Shown: piece by piece, positions 33,701-48,700 of the stretch
Position numbering within the stretch: the stretch's first letter is position 1
How the letters are laid out: each line of letters opens with the position of its first letter
NCBI GenBank assembly: GCA_015055965.1
Contig: SVHG01000006.1
Coordinates: forward strand, 57,234-121,233
Direction: 5' to 3'
Length of the DNA: 64,000 bases
Origin: Clostridiales bacterium
GTDB taxonomy: Bacteria; Bacillota; Clostridia; Christensenellales; Borkfalkiaceae
Notes under the pieces: model-generated
Told to the model about the DNA's origin: nothing
Database searches by the model: none
What the model saw: only the letters and a program-made list of their open reading frames with translations
Made by a program: the position numbers and the translations under genes

Positions 33701-36700
33701 CTCTTAATTCGCCACCAATGCCGAATTTTGCAATTCTTGCAATATCGGTAACGAAGCATTCGTGTCCTACAAAGGCAATTGCTACCTCTGCAAGATAATC
33801 TACAACGTCATCAAATTCAAGACCTAAAGTACCTTCTACGATTTCATACTTAATATGAGTATCGCCGTATAGCTCAATTAGTCCTTCAATTACAACGTCT
33901 GCCTTTTGGCTAGGTCTGTACTTAGTTACTACAGCGTCTACCATGCCAAGAACGTTTTCTACGCTCATCTTATGATAGTATGCAGCCTTGAAGTCAAATC
34001 CAAGAGTTAACGCGTCTGCTACCTTCGTTCTGAAGATTGCGCTTGCTAATTCATTTTCTTCGCCTTCGAATAAGTAAGTTCCGATTTCGTATCCTAAGCG
34101 GTGCGCTAAGAAGTCGCCAAGTAATGCGTCTTCACCAAGTACGCGTTTAACAATCTTAACTAGTAAGGGGTTAGCTAATACGTACATATGAGCGCCAACG
34201 TCTACAGCTGCGATTATTGCTAAAGGTCTTAGATCTTCAGGAACTGCCGCCCATGCTGCTGATACGTTGAATACGATTGAACGTAACTGACCGTCCATGC
34301 CTTCGTGCGCTACGTTGAAGATAGCTTCAATAACGTCGTGAGTTATGAATAGTTTAGTTATATTGTGTACAGTAGTAATTACGTCGTCTACGTATAGGTC
34401 AAGTAAATCTTCCTTAACGTTTCCTACGTATACCTCTGCAAGTAGGGTTGAAAGCTCGTCGATTGCTGCTGCAAATCTGGTTGACTTAATATAGTCGGTA
34501 GCGATTGCCTTTGCAAGCTGTAAGGTTACGCCTACGCTTGCGTTTGCTTCAAGAGCAATATGAGCTAAGTTGCCTGCTAATACGTAAGTTAATAACGCTG
34601 CGCTTTCGTTAATTAATTCTACGTGTGCGCTTAACGCGTTGATGCTTACAAGTACCCTTGCAGCTGCGCCGATTACGTCGTCAACTAAGAAGGCGGGGAT
34701 TACGTTAATTACGTTAGCCGCAATAGTTTCACCGTATAAGCCCTTAACCTCTTCGCAGAATACGTTAACCGTTTCGCTTTCACGATAGAATGCGGTAAAT
34801 ACTGCGTTTGCGTCGTCTACTAGGTCTTTAACTAGTGCTTGTCCGTCTAATCTAATAGCTCTTAACTCGCCTGCTAGTACGCCTTCTAATAGATTTGCAA
34901 CTGAAATTATCTTAGCTTCGTGTGCAGCAATTGCATCTATGCTTGCTACTATTCTTCCGGCTGCGCCGATTACGTCGTCAACTAAGAAGCCGGGGATTAC
35001 GTTAATTACGTTAGCCGCAATAGTTTCACCGTATAGTGCCTTTGCTTCATCACAAATTAAGTTTGCAGTTAAGCTTTCGCCTACGAATGCGGTGTAAATA
35101 GCGTTTGCATCGTCGATTAAGTCTTTAACCAGTACGCTGCCGTCTAATCTAATAGTTCTTAATTCGCCGTCTAATGCGTCTACTAATAAGTCTTCAATTG
35201 CTACTATCTTAGCTTCGTGTGCCTTTAATGCTTCTACACTTGCTACTACGTTTGCAATTGAGTTAATTACGTCGTCTACCTTGAAGCCAAGTATTGCATT
35301 GAAGATATCCTTAGTTAAGGTTTCGCCGTATAATTTAGCAATTTCTACAAACATTGCTTCAATAGTATCACTTTCTGTGAAGTGACGTACTACTTCGTAC
35401 GTTTCATTTACTAAATCTGCTACCTTTTGTGTTCCGTCCATTCTAGTTTCGGGAAGCTTGCCTTCTACTATAATTTCCAGAACGTCTGCTATATCACTTA
35501 TTAATTCTGCTTGTTCTGATAGTATTACGCCCGTTACGTTTGCTACTGATCTGATTACTTCATCAATTTCAATTGCTAACGTGCCTTCTACTATACCAAG
35601 TACGGTTACGCCGTCGTATAACTTATTAATTTCATTGAAGATTGCTTCGCTTGCGTCGCTAATGTAATAGTTGCCGATAATTGCTTCTACTAATCTTGCA
35701 GTTTCGCTTACCTTTGCTTTTTCTTCAAATACGGGAGCGGTAATAGTTTCAGCTACTAAGTATTGTACTAACGCTGCGCTATCACTAATGATTCCTTCGT
35801 GTGCCTTTAACGCTTCTACGGCTACAAGTACGTTTACAATTGAGTTAATTGCATCGTCAACTTCAATTGCTAACGTGCCTTCTACGAAGGTATTTACGGT
35901 TACGCCTTCGTATAGCTTAGTTAGCTCTGCAAATACTGCTTTAACTATTGCATTTTCGCCAACCATATGGTCTACGATTGCCTTAACGTTAGCTAAAGCT
36001 ACGGAAATTTGTTGTTCGCCGTGATATCCTACGTTAGCTAGCTCGTTACCAATTGAATCGGTTAGAAGCTGAGCAATATCTCTTACTAAGCATTCGTTTT
36101 CTACGCCAACGATTGCTACTACTACGTCTGCTAAGTAATTAATTACGTCGTCTATTTCAAGCGCTAGGGTTGTTTCTACGATTTCGTCTACGATATGAGT
36201 TTGACCGTAAAGCTCAATTAAGCCTTCTATAGCGGCATCTGCAATTTCGTTTGCTGCGTACTTAGTTACAACCGCATCTGCTATTCCAAGAATATTTTCA
36301 ACGGTTAGTAATTCATAGTATGCTGCCTTGAAGTCATAGCCAAGAGTTAAAGCATCTGCTACCTTAGTGTTGAAGATTGCGCTTGCTAACGCATTTTCTT
36401 CGCCTTCAAATAGGTAGGTTTCAGCTTCGTATCCTAGAGGCTCTGCTATATAATCGCCAAGAATTGCATCTTCGCCAAGTGCCATCTTAGCAAGCTCTAC
36501 TAACGCGGGGTTAGCTAGTACGTACATATGAACTAGTACGTCTGCAAGAGCAATTACTACGATAGGTCTTAAATCTTCAGGAATTGCTTCCCAAGCAGCT
36601 AACGCGTTAAAGGTTAGGTTGCCTAAAGCACCGTCTAATCCTTCGTGAGCTACGTTGAAGATTACGTCTACTATATCGTTTTCTACGAATACGTTTACTA

Positions 36701-39700
36701 TATTGTGTGCAGTGTCTAAAGTAACGTCTACGTCAAGCGCAAGAGTATCTTGGCCGATAGTTACGATATAAACCTCTGCAAATAGGGTTGAAAGTTCGTC
36801 AAATACTGCTTCTAACTGTTCAGATTCAACGTAGTCACTTACGATTGCCTTAACTAGTTCAAGCGTCTTGCCTACCGTTGCTTGTGATTCAAAGCCGATA
36901 GAACCAATCTTGCCTGCTACTAAGTAAGTTAGTAGGTCGCCAACGTGTTTAGCGTTAGCTTCTAGTTCGTTGAACGCAGTTACTACTACGCTTTCTACTG
37001 AACGAATTAGATCGTCCATAACGATTGCTAAAGTACCTTCCGCAATACCTATTAAGGTTACGCCGTCGTATAGCTCGATTACTTCTGCAAAGGCTACGTC
37101 TACAACGTCGTTTTCTACGCCGAAGCTATCTACGATTGCCTTAACGTCTACAAGCACTACGGATACTAGCTGTTCAAGTACGAATACGGGTTCAGCAATA
37201 GTTCCGTCTACTAAGTCCTTTGCTAATGTTGCAAACGCATCAACGATTGCTGCGTTACCTGTTACAGGCTCTTCATCTGCTAAAGCAACAACGCTTGCTT
37301 CATTACCCGCAACGAATATCTTAACAATACTTGCAACGGTATCGATTACGTTATCAAGAGTTAAACCAAGAGTTCCGTTAACGATATCAAGTAATAATAC
37401 GCCGTCGTATAGCTTAGATAGCTCGTTAAATACTGCGTCTACTTCAACGTATGCTAAGTAATCCATAGCGATTAATTTAGCAAGATCTAACGTTCCGCTT
37501 ACGGTTGCGCTTTCTTCAAATACGGGAGCGGTAATAGTTCCGGCTACTAAGTACTTAGCTAGTTCTTCTACGTGTTGTACCTTATGTTCGTTACCTACTA
37601 AAGCTACTTCAACAACGTCTGCTACGGAAGCAATTAGATCGTCCATAGTAATTGCTAAAGTGCCTTCTACGATAGCGTTTAAGGTTACGCCGTCGTATAA
37701 CTCGGTAAGCTCTGCAAATACTGCGGTTACAACGCCGTTATCCACAAAGTGATCTACGATTGCCTTAACGTCTGCTATAACTACTGCAACCTCTTTATCA
37801 CCGTGGTAGCCGATTAATCTTAATTCACCGCCGATTACGTCGTTGATAAGCTTAGCTACGTCTCTTACTATACATTCGTTTTCTTCACCAAGTGCAACTA
37901 CTACTACGTTTGCAATTGAGTTGATTACGTCTGCTAGTTGAATTGATAAAGTACCTTCTACAATAGTGATTAAGGTTACGCCGTCGTATAGACCAATTAA
38001 TTCTTCAAATACTGCGTTAACTATTGCATTTTCTGCTACTAAGTGATCTACGATTGCCTTAACGTCTACTATGAGTCCGCTTACTGATTGTTCACCGTGG
38101 TAGCCTAATTCCTTTATTGTGCCACCGATCGCGTCGGTTAGAAGCTTAGCAATATCTCTTACTATGCATTCGTTTTCTTCGCCAACGATTGCTACTGCTA
38201 CGTCTGCTAAGTAATTAGTTACGTCGTCTATTTCTAAAGCTAAGGTTGCTTCTACGATTTCATCAATAATATGAGTTTGACCGTATAGCTCAATTAAGCC
38301 TTCGATTGCAACGTCTGCTATTTCGTTTGCTGCATACTTGGTTACAACCGCGTCTGCTATTCCAAGAATATTTTCTACGGTTAGTAATGCGTAGTATGCT
38401 GCTTCAAAGTCGAAGTCGTCGTTTGCAATATCAACAAGCTTGGTGTTAAATACTGCGCTTGCTAACGCGTTTTCTTCGCCTTCGAATAAGTAAGTGTCCT
38501 TAGTGTATCCTAAGGGTTCTGCTAAGTAGTCGCCAATAACGGCGTCTTCACCAAGTAACTGACCAACTAAATCTACTAAAGTATCGTTTGCAGCTACGTA
38601 TAGAACGCCTACGGTAGTTGCTAATACTACAACCGTAACTATTTGAGCTGCTTGAGGCATGGTTTCAAAGGCTGCTAAAGGATCAAATCCTAAGTTGCCT
38701 AAAGTGCCGTATAAGCCGGCGTGTGCTACTGCGTAAATAGTATCTAATACTTCGTTGGTAACGAATACGTTGGTTATGTTGTTAACGGTATCTATTACGT
38801 CGTCAATATCAAGCGCAAGAGTATCTTCGCCAATATTAACGATTACTACTTCTGCAAATAAAGCTGAAAGCTCGTCAAATACCGCTTCAAGCTCTTCAGA
38901 TTCTACGTAGTCGCTTACGATTTCCTTAACTAGATCAAGAGCTCCACCTACCGTTGCAGCCTCATCTAATGCAGGAGCGCCGATAGAGCCGGTTACTAAG
39001 TACTTAACTAATTCTTCTGAGTGTTGTACCTTTGCTTCGTGACCGGGGATAACTGCTTCTAATACGTCTGCTACTGATCCGGTTAAATCATCCATAGCAA
39101 TTGCTAACGAGTAGTCTACTATATCTCTTACTAGTACGCCTTCGTATAGACCGATTAGTTCTTCAAATACAGCGTCTACTACCGCGTTATCTTGTACGAA
39201 GTTACCTACGATTGCTTCTACGTCTTCTAATAAGGTGCTTACGTAAGCATCGTCGTGATAGCCTAATCTATTTAAGTTAGTTCCGAACGCATCTGCTATT
39301 AATTTAGCAATATCGTTTACAAGCTTAGCTTCTGCAGGAATTGCAGTTGCTACTACTGCTGCTACTGAATATACTAACGCGTCGAAATCAAGACTCGTTG
39401 TGTGAGCTACTACGTCTTTTAGTAGTACGCCTTCGTATAACTTAGCAAGTTCTTCAAACGCTACGCTTACTACGTCGTTAATTACGAAGTTTTCTACTAT
39501 TTTACGTGTGATTGCTAATAAATCGGTTACTAAAGCTAAATCGTTGAATACGGGTTCGCTAATAGTACCAAAGACTAATTCCTTAACTAATGCAGCTACG
39601 TCGTTTACAAGAATTTCTGCCGTGGGAATAGCTACGCCTAATACTCTTGCAGTTGAATCAACTAAATCGTGAATTTCAATTGCTAAAGTTCCTTCTACTA

Positions 39701-42700
39701 TAGCGTTTAATACAACGCCTTCGTATAGACCGATTAATTCTGCAAATACAGCGTCTACTACTGCATTTTCTACGCCGAAGCTATCTACGATTGCCTTAAC
39801 GTCTGCAAGTACTACGGTTACTAACTGTACGTCGTTGAATAAGGGAGCGCTTACAGTTCCGTCTACTAGGTCTTTAGCTAGTTGAGCTACTGCGTTAACG
39901 GTTGCCGTTTGTTCTACTGCAAATGCGTTTACGATATTTGCAAGGGTATCAATTACGTTATCAACGGGTAGATCAACGGTTGCTTGAACTACGTCAAGTA
40001 CTAGTACGCCTTCGTATAGCTTAGCTAATTCGTTAAAGATCGTTTCTACTTCTACGAATGCTGCGTAGTCAAGAACGATAGTCTTAACAAGACCAAGAGC
40101 TCCGTCTACCGTTGCGCTTTCTTCAAATGCAGGAGCGCCGATAGTTCCGGCTACTAAATACTTAACTAATTCTTCTACGTGTTGTACGTTATGTGCGTTA
40201 GCGGGAATACCTGCTTCAACAACGTCTGCTACGGAAGCGATTAGATCGTCCATAGTGATTGCTAAAGTACCTTCTGCAATCTTTTCTAGGATCACGCCTT
40301 CGTATAACTCGATAAGCTCTGCAAATACTGCGTCTACTACTGCGTTTTCTACGCCGAAGCTATCTACGATTGCTTCTACGTCTGCAATTAGCTCGCTTAC
40401 TAATACGTTACCGTTATAACCAATCTTGCTTACCGTACCGCCAACAGCGTCTACCACTAATTCAGCTACTGCGTTAACGGTTGCTGCGTTTTCAGGTAGC
40501 GCTACTGCAAGCACGCTTGCTACTGCCTTAACGGTTGCGTCAAAGTCTAAAGCTACGGTTGCGTTAACGAATTCGTCTACTATTACGCCTTCGTATAATC
40601 CGCTTACCTGTGCAAACGCTTCGTTTACTACTGCATTTTCTACGCCAAAGCTATCTACGATTGCCTTTACGTCTGCTAGGATTACGGTGATTAACTGTTC
40701 GCCGTGATATCCTATCTTTTCTATCTTACCGCCAAGAACGTCTTTTGCTAGAGCTGCAAATGCGTTAATCTTTTCTTCTTCGCCAAGTCCTGCAATTAGA
40801 ACGTTTGCAACAGAAGTGATTACTGCATCTACCTCTAAGCCTAAGGTGGTCTCGCCAATTAGGTTAATAGCGCTATCGCCGTATAATCCGCTTAGTTCGC
40901 TAATTACTGCATTTAATACTGCATTTTCGCCAACGAGATGTTGGATAATGTACTTAAGATCGCTTAGGATTAGGCTTACTGACTGTTCGCCGTTATAACC
41001 TGCTTTTTCTACCCTACCGTCGAACAGATCGGTTAGAAGCTTAGCGATATCTGATACTAGACATTGATCTTCCGTGAAGATTGTCTTTGCAACGCCTTCG
41101 CCTGCAGCAATTACAGCGTCAATATTTAACGCTAGAGTGCCTTCTACGATAGCGTTTAAGGTTACGCCTTCGTATAACTTAATAAGCTCTGCAAATACTG
41201 CGTCTACTATTGCGTTTTCTACGTCTAAGCTATCTACGATTGCCTTTACGTCTGCTAGAATTAAGCCAACTTCGTGATCACCGTGGAAACCAATTAATCT
41301 TAATTCGCCGCCTAATACGTCTTTCACTAGGGTTGCTGCTGCGTAAACGGTATCTGCGTGGGGCTTTAACGCGTCAACGCTTGCTACAACGTTTGCAATT
41401 GCATCAACTGATTTATCAAAGTCAAATCCGGGAATTACGCTGAAGATTTGGTAGGTTAAGGTGTCGCCGTACATAGCTGCTATTTCATCAAATGCAACCG
41501 CTACAGCTTCGTATTTTACAAAATAGGTTACAACTTCCTTGGTTGCTATAACTAAGTCTGCTACCTTTTGGCTACCGTCTAATCTTAATTCGCCAAGAGC
41601 GCCGTCTAGCATGATTACTAGTACGTCTGCTATATCTGCAATTAGGGCTTCCTCTTCAGGTAAGAATACGTTAACTACTGCTGCTACTGATGCGATTACG
41701 TCGTCAATTTCAATAGCTAAAGTACCTTCTACGATAGTTGCTACCGTTACGCCTTCGTATAGCTTAATAAGCTCTGCAAAGATTACTTCGCTTGCATCAC
41801 TAATATAATAGTGGCTTAAAATTTCTTCTACGTCTGCTAGAAGTACGGGAACTAATTGTTCACCGTGGAATCCTAGTTCGCCTAAGTCAATACCGAATGC
41901 ATCTGCTAATAGCTTAGCAACGTCTCTAATAACGCATTCATCTTCGGGGAATGCAACTACTAATACGTTTGCGATTGAGTTAACTAGTACGTCAAATTCA
42001 ATAGCTAAAGTACCTTCTACGATAGTTGCTACCGTTACGCCGTCATATAGAGCGGTTAACTCTTCAAATACTGCGTTAACTATTGCATTTTCTGCTACTA
42101 AGTGATCTACGATTGCCTTTACGTCTGCTAGAAGCACGCTAATTAACGCGCCACTGTGGTAGCCTACGTTTGCTAGCTCGTTACCGAATGCGTCGGTTAG
42201 AAGCTTAGCGCTATCTCTTACTATGCATCCGTTTTCTACGCCAACGATTGCTGATGCTACGTCTGCTAAGTAATTAACTACGTCGTCTAATTCTAAAGCT
42301 AAGGTTGCTTCTACGATTTCATCAATAATATGAGTTTGACCGTATAGCTCAATTAAGCCTTCGATTGCAACGTCTGCTATTTCGTTTGCTGCATACTTGG
42401 TTACAACCGCGTCTGCTATTCCAAGAATATTTTCTACGGTTAGTAATGCGTAGTATGCTGCTTCAAAGTCGAAGTCGTCGTTTGCAATATCAACAAGCTT
42501 AGTGTTAAAGATTGCGCTAGCTAACGCGTTTTCTTCGCCTTCAAATAAGTAAGTGTCCTTAGTGTATCCCATGGGTTCTGCGATATAATCGCCAAGAACG
42601 GCGTCTTCACCAAGGAATTGACCAACTAAATCTACTAAAGTATCGTTTGCTGCAAAGTATAGAACGGCTACGGTAGTTGCTAACGCTGCAATCGTTACGA

Positions 42701-45700
42701 TTTGCGCGGTTTGAGGCATTTCTTCGTAAGCAGCTAAAGCGTCAAATCCTAAGTTGCCTAAAGTGCCGTATAAACCAGCGTGAGCTACTGCGTAAATGGT
42801 ATCTAATACTTCGTTGGTAACGAATACGTTGGTTATGTTGTTAACGGTATCTATTACGTCGTCTACGTCTAATTCAAGAACGTCTTCTGCAATATTTGCA
42901 ATAGTTACGTTTTCGAATAGAGCTGCCAGCTCGTTAAATACTGCGTCTACTTCTACGAATGCTGCGTAATCAAGAACTACGTCCTTAGCTAATAATAGAG
43001 CTTCGCCAACGGTTGCGGTTTCTTCTAATACGGGAGCGCCTACCGTGCCTGCTACTACATACTTAACTAATTCTTCTACGTGTTGTACGTTATGTGCGTT
43101 AGCGGGAATAACTGCTTCAACAACGTCTGCTACGGAAGCGATTAGATCATCCATAGCGATTGCTAAAGTGCCTTCTGCAATCTTTTCTAGGATCACGCCT
43201 TCGTATAGAGCAATTAGTTCTTCAAATACAACGTCTACTATTGCGTTTTCTACGCCGAAGCTATCTACGATTGCCTTTACGTCTGCAATTAGCTCGCTTA
43301 CTAATACGTTACCGTTATAACCAATCTTGCTTACCGTACCGCCAACAGCGTCTACCACTAATTCAGCTACTGCGTTAACGGTTGCTGCGTTTTCAGGTAG
43401 CGCTACTGCAAGCACGCTTGCTACTGCCTTAACGGTTGCGTCAAAGTCTAAAGCTACGGTTGCGTTAACGAATTCGTCTACTATTACGCCTTCGTATAAT
43501 CCGCTTACTTGAGCAAACGCTTCGTCCACGATTGCATTTTCTACGCCAAAGCTATCTACGATTGCCTTTACGTCTGCTAGGATTACGGTGATTAATTGTT
43601 CGCCGTGATATCCTATCTTTTCTATCTTACCGCCAAGAACATCTTTTGCTAGAGCTGCAAATGCGTTAATCTTTTCTTCTTCGCCAAGTCCTACAATTAG
43701 AACGTTTGCAACAGAAGTGATTACTGCATCTACCTCTAAGCCTAAGGTGGTCTTGCCAATTAGGTTAATAGCGCTATCGCCGTATAATCCGCTTAGTTCG
43801 CTAATTACTGCATTTAATACCGCATTTTCGCCAACGATATGTTTAATAATGCACTTAAGGTCGCTTAGGATTACGCTTACTGACTGTTCGCCGTTATAAC
43901 CTGCTTTTTCTACCCTTCCGTCGAATAGATCGGTTAGAAGCTTAGCTATATCTGATACTAGACATTGATCTTCCGTGAAGATTGCCTTTGCAACGCCTTC
44001 GCCTGCTGCGATTACAGCGTCAATATTTAACGCTAAAGTGCCTTCTACGATACCTTCTAAGGTTACACCGTCGTATAGAGTAATTAGTTCTGCAAATACA
44101 GCGTCTACTACCGCGTTTTCTACGCCGAAGCTATCTACGATTGCTTCTACGTCTGCAAGTACAACAGTTACTAGTTGCTCTCCGTTGAATACGGGTGCGC
44201 TTACAGGACCGTCTACTAAGTCTTTAGCTAGTTGAGCTACAGCATTAACGGTTTCTTCGTTTTCAGGTAGTGCTACTGCAAGTACGCTTGCTACTGAATC
44301 GATAACGTCGTCGATTTCAAGAGCTAAGGTTTCATCAGCAATTGCTACTAACTCTACGCCTTCATAAAGCTCAATTAGTTCTGCAAATACTGCATCTACT
44401 ACCGCGTTATCTACGAAGTTACCTACGATTGCTTCTACGTCTGCAATTAGCGTGCTTACTAATGCGTTGCCGTGGATACCGAAGGTCTTAATTTGTACGC
44501 CGAATACGTCGGTTAGAAGTTTTGCAATATCTTCAAATAGTTCTGCTTGAGCAGGTACTGCTACTGCAAGTACGCTTGCTACTGAGTTGATAATATCGTC
44601 AACGTATAGGTTCTTAGTGCCTTCTACGATAGCGTTAAGAGCTACGCCTTCGTATAGTACGGTTAACTCTTCAAATACAGCGTCTACTACCGCGTTATCT
44701 ACGAAGTTATCTAAGATTGCCTTTACGTCTGTTAATACTACGGGTACTAACTGAACGTCGTTGAATAAGGGAGCACTTACAGTTCCGCTGATTAGATCTA
44801 CTAATAGCTGTTCTATATCTCTAATTAATTCTTCCTGTTCAGGTAGTGCTGCCGCAAATACGTTTGCTTCCACGCTGATTACCTTAGACATTTCTATTGC
44901 TAACGAGTAGTCTACGAAATCTCTTACTAATACGCCTTCGTATAAAGCGATTAGTTCTTCAAATATAGTATCTACTACTGCGTTTTCTACTACGAATCTG
45001 TCTAAGATTGCCTTTACGTCTCTTAATAAGGTGCTTACGTAAGTATCGTCGTGGTATCCTAATCTATCTAAGTTAGTTCCGAACGCATCTGCTATTAATT
45101 TAGCAATATCGTTTACAAGCTTAGCTTCTGCAGGAATTGCAGTTGCTACTACTGCTGCTACTGAATATACTAATGCGTCGAAATCAAGACTTGTTGTGTG
45201 AGCTACTACGTCTTTTAGTAGTACGCCTTCGTATAGCTTGTTAAGCTCTTCAAACGCTACGGTTACCGCATCGTGAATTACGAAGTTTTCTACTACGTTA
45301 TAGATAATATCTAATAATTCGGTCACGTACGCGAGGTCGTTGAAGATGGGCTCGCCAATAGTACCGTAAACTAGCTCTTTAATTAAATCTGCAGAATCGG
45401 TTACAAGAATTTCAGCCGTGGGAGCTGCTACGATTAATACTCTTGCAACTGCATCAACTAAATCGTGGATTTCAATTGCTAAAGTTCCGTCTGCAATATC
45501 TTTTAGCATTACGCCGTCGTAAAGAGCAATTAACTCGTTAAAGATTGCATCAACTACTGCGCTTTCTACGAAGTTATCTAAGATTGCCTTAACGTCTGCA
45601 AGTACGTATGCAACGTATTGAGTATCGTTAAATAAGGGAGCTTTGATAGTTCCGTCTACTAGGTCAGCTACAAGTTGAGATGCTTCTCTAATAACTGATT

Positions 45701-48700
45701 CATATTCGGGGAATGCAACTACTAATACGTTTGCAACTGCATCAACTAAATCGTGAATTTCAATTGCTAAAGTTCCGTCTGCAATTCCGCCTAAGGTTAC
45801 GGCCTCGTATAGCTTAGCAAGCTCTGCAAATACAGCGTCTACTACTGCGTTTTCTACGCCAAAGCTATCTACGATTGCCTTAACGTCTGCAAGAACTACG
45901 GTTACTAACTGTACGTCGTTGAATAAGGGAGCGCTTACAGTTCCGTCTACTAGGTCTTTTGCTAGTTGAGCTACTGCGTTAACGGTTGCCGTTTGTTCTA
46001 CTGCAAATACGTTTACGATATTTGCAAGGGTATCAATTACGTTATCAACGGGTAGATCAAGAGTTGCTTGAACTACGTCAAGTACTAGTACGCCTTCGTA
46101 TAGCTTAGCTAATTCGTTAAATACTGCTTCTACTTCTACGAATGCTGCGTAGTCAAGAACGATAGTCTTAACAAGACCAAGAGCTCCATCTACCGTTGCA
46201 CTTTCTTCAAATGCAGGAGCGCCGATAGTTCCGGCTACTAAATACTTAACTAATTCTTCTACGTGTTGTACGTTGTGTTCGTTACCTACTAGAACTACTT
46301 CAACAACGTCTGCTACGGAAGCAATTAGATCGTCCATAGCAATTGCTAAAGTGCCTTCTGCAACAGCGTTTAGAGTTACGCCTTCGTATAACTCAATTAG
46401 TTCGTTAAATACAGCGTCTACTACTGCGTTTTCAACGTCTAAGCTATCTACGACTGCCTTAACGTCTGCAAGTACTACGGTTACTAATTGATCGCCGTGA
46501 ATACCAATTAATCTTAATTCGCCACCTAATACGTCTTTTACTAGGGTTGCTACTGCGTAAACGGTATCTGCATGGGGCTTTAACGCGTCTATACTTGCAA
46601 CTACTCTTGCAAATGAATCAGCAGATTCGTCAAAGTCAAATCCGGGGATTGCGCTGAAGATTTGGTAGGTTAAGGTGTCGCCGTACATATGAGCAATTTC
46701 TCTAAAGATTGCTAATACGGTGTCACTTTCCGTGAAGTGGTATACTACGTCGTAAGTAGCGTTAACTAAATCTGCTACCTTTTGGCTACCGTCTAATCTT
46801 AATTCGCCAAGAGCGCCGTCTAGCATAATTACTAGTATGTCTGCTATATCTGCAATTAGAGCTTCTTCTTCAGGTAAGAATACGTTAACTACTGCTACTA
46901 CTGATGCGATTACGTCGTCAATTTCAATAGCTAAAGTACCTTCTACTATACCTTCTAAGGTTACGCCTTCGTATAGCTTAATAAGCTCTGCAAATACAAC
47001 TTCGCTTGCATCACTAATATAATAGTGGCTTAAAATTTCTTCTACGTCTGCAAGTACTACGGTTACTAATTGTTTACCGTGATATCCTAGCTCGCCTAAG
47101 TTAATACCCAATAGGTCTGCTAATAACTTAGCAACGTCTCTAATAACGCATTCATCTTCGGGGAATGCTACTGCTAATACGTTTGCAATTGAGTTAACTA
47201 ACGCGTCAAATTCAATAGCTAAAGTACCTTCTACGATAGTTGCTACCGTTACGTCTTCGTATAGAGTAATTAATTCAACGAAAATTGCGTTTACTACGTC
47301 GTTGTTTACGAAGTGAGCCAAGATTCCCTTAACGTCTGCTAGAAGTACGCTAATTAACGCGCCACTGTGGTAGCCTACGTTTGCTAGCTCGTTACCGAAT
47401 GCGTCGGTTAGAAGCATAGCGATATCTCTTACTAAGCATTCGTTTTCTACGCCAACGATTGCTGATGCTACGTCTGCTAAGTAATTAACTACGTCGTCTA
47501 ATTCTAAAGCTAAGGTTGCTTCTACGATTTCATCAATAATATGAGTTTGACCGTATAGCTCAATTAAGCCTTCGATTGCAACGTCTGCTATTTCGTTTGC
47601 TGCATACTTGGTTACAACCGCGTCTGCTATTCCAAGAATATTTTCTACGGTTAGTAATGCGTAGTATGCTGCTTCAAAGTCGAAGTCGTCGTTTGCAATA
47701 TCAACAAGCTTAGTGTTAAAGATTGCGCTAGCTAACGCGTTTTCTTCGCCTTCAAATAAGTAAGTGTCCTTAGTGTATCCCATGGGTTCTGCGATATAAT
47801 CGCCAAGAACGGCGTCTTCACCAAGGAATTGACCAACTAAATCTACTAAAGTATCGTTTGCTGCAAAGTATAGAACGGCTACGGTAGTTGCTAATGCAGC
47901 TATTACGTAAGGTTGAACCTCTGCAGGAAGCTCTTCGTAAGCAGCTAAAGGATCAAATCCTAAGTTGCCTAAAGTGCCGTATAAGCCGGCGTGAGCTACT
48001 GCGTAAATGGTATCTAATACTTCGTGAGTAACGAATACGTTAGTTATATTATTGATAGAGTCGATTACCTCATCAACGTCTAAATCAAGGGTTGCTTGAA
48101 CAACGTCCTTAACCATAGCGCCTTCGTATAGCTTGTTAAGCTCTGCAAAGATTACTTCGCTTGCGTCACTTACGTAGTAGTTGCCAATAATTGCTTCTAC
48201 GTCTGCAAGTACTACGGTAATTAGCTGTTCGCCGTTGAATACGGGTGCGCCTAAAGTTCCGTCTACTAAATCGTCTACTAGCTTAGCAATTTGATCTACC
48301 AGTGCTTCTTCAGGTAAGAATACCTTAACAACGTTTACTACTGAAGAAATTACTTCTTCTACCGGTAAATCAAGAGTTTCTTGAACAACGTTAACGACTA
48401 ACGCGCCTTCGTATAGCTTGTTAAGCTCTGCAAATACTGCTTCGCTTGCATCACTAATATAGTGCTTACTAATAATTGCTTCAACGTCCGCAAGAATGGT
48501 AGTTACAAGAACGCTTTCATCAATAATGGGCGCGCTTATAGTACCGTCTAATAAGTCGGTTAGAAGTTTTTCTATATCGTCTATATTAATAATGTTACGG
48601 CCAACAACGTAAGACGCTGCCTCAATTACGTCATCAACGGGTAAATCAAGAGTTGCTTTAACAAACTCTTCTAAGGTTACGCCTTCGTATAAATCCTTAA

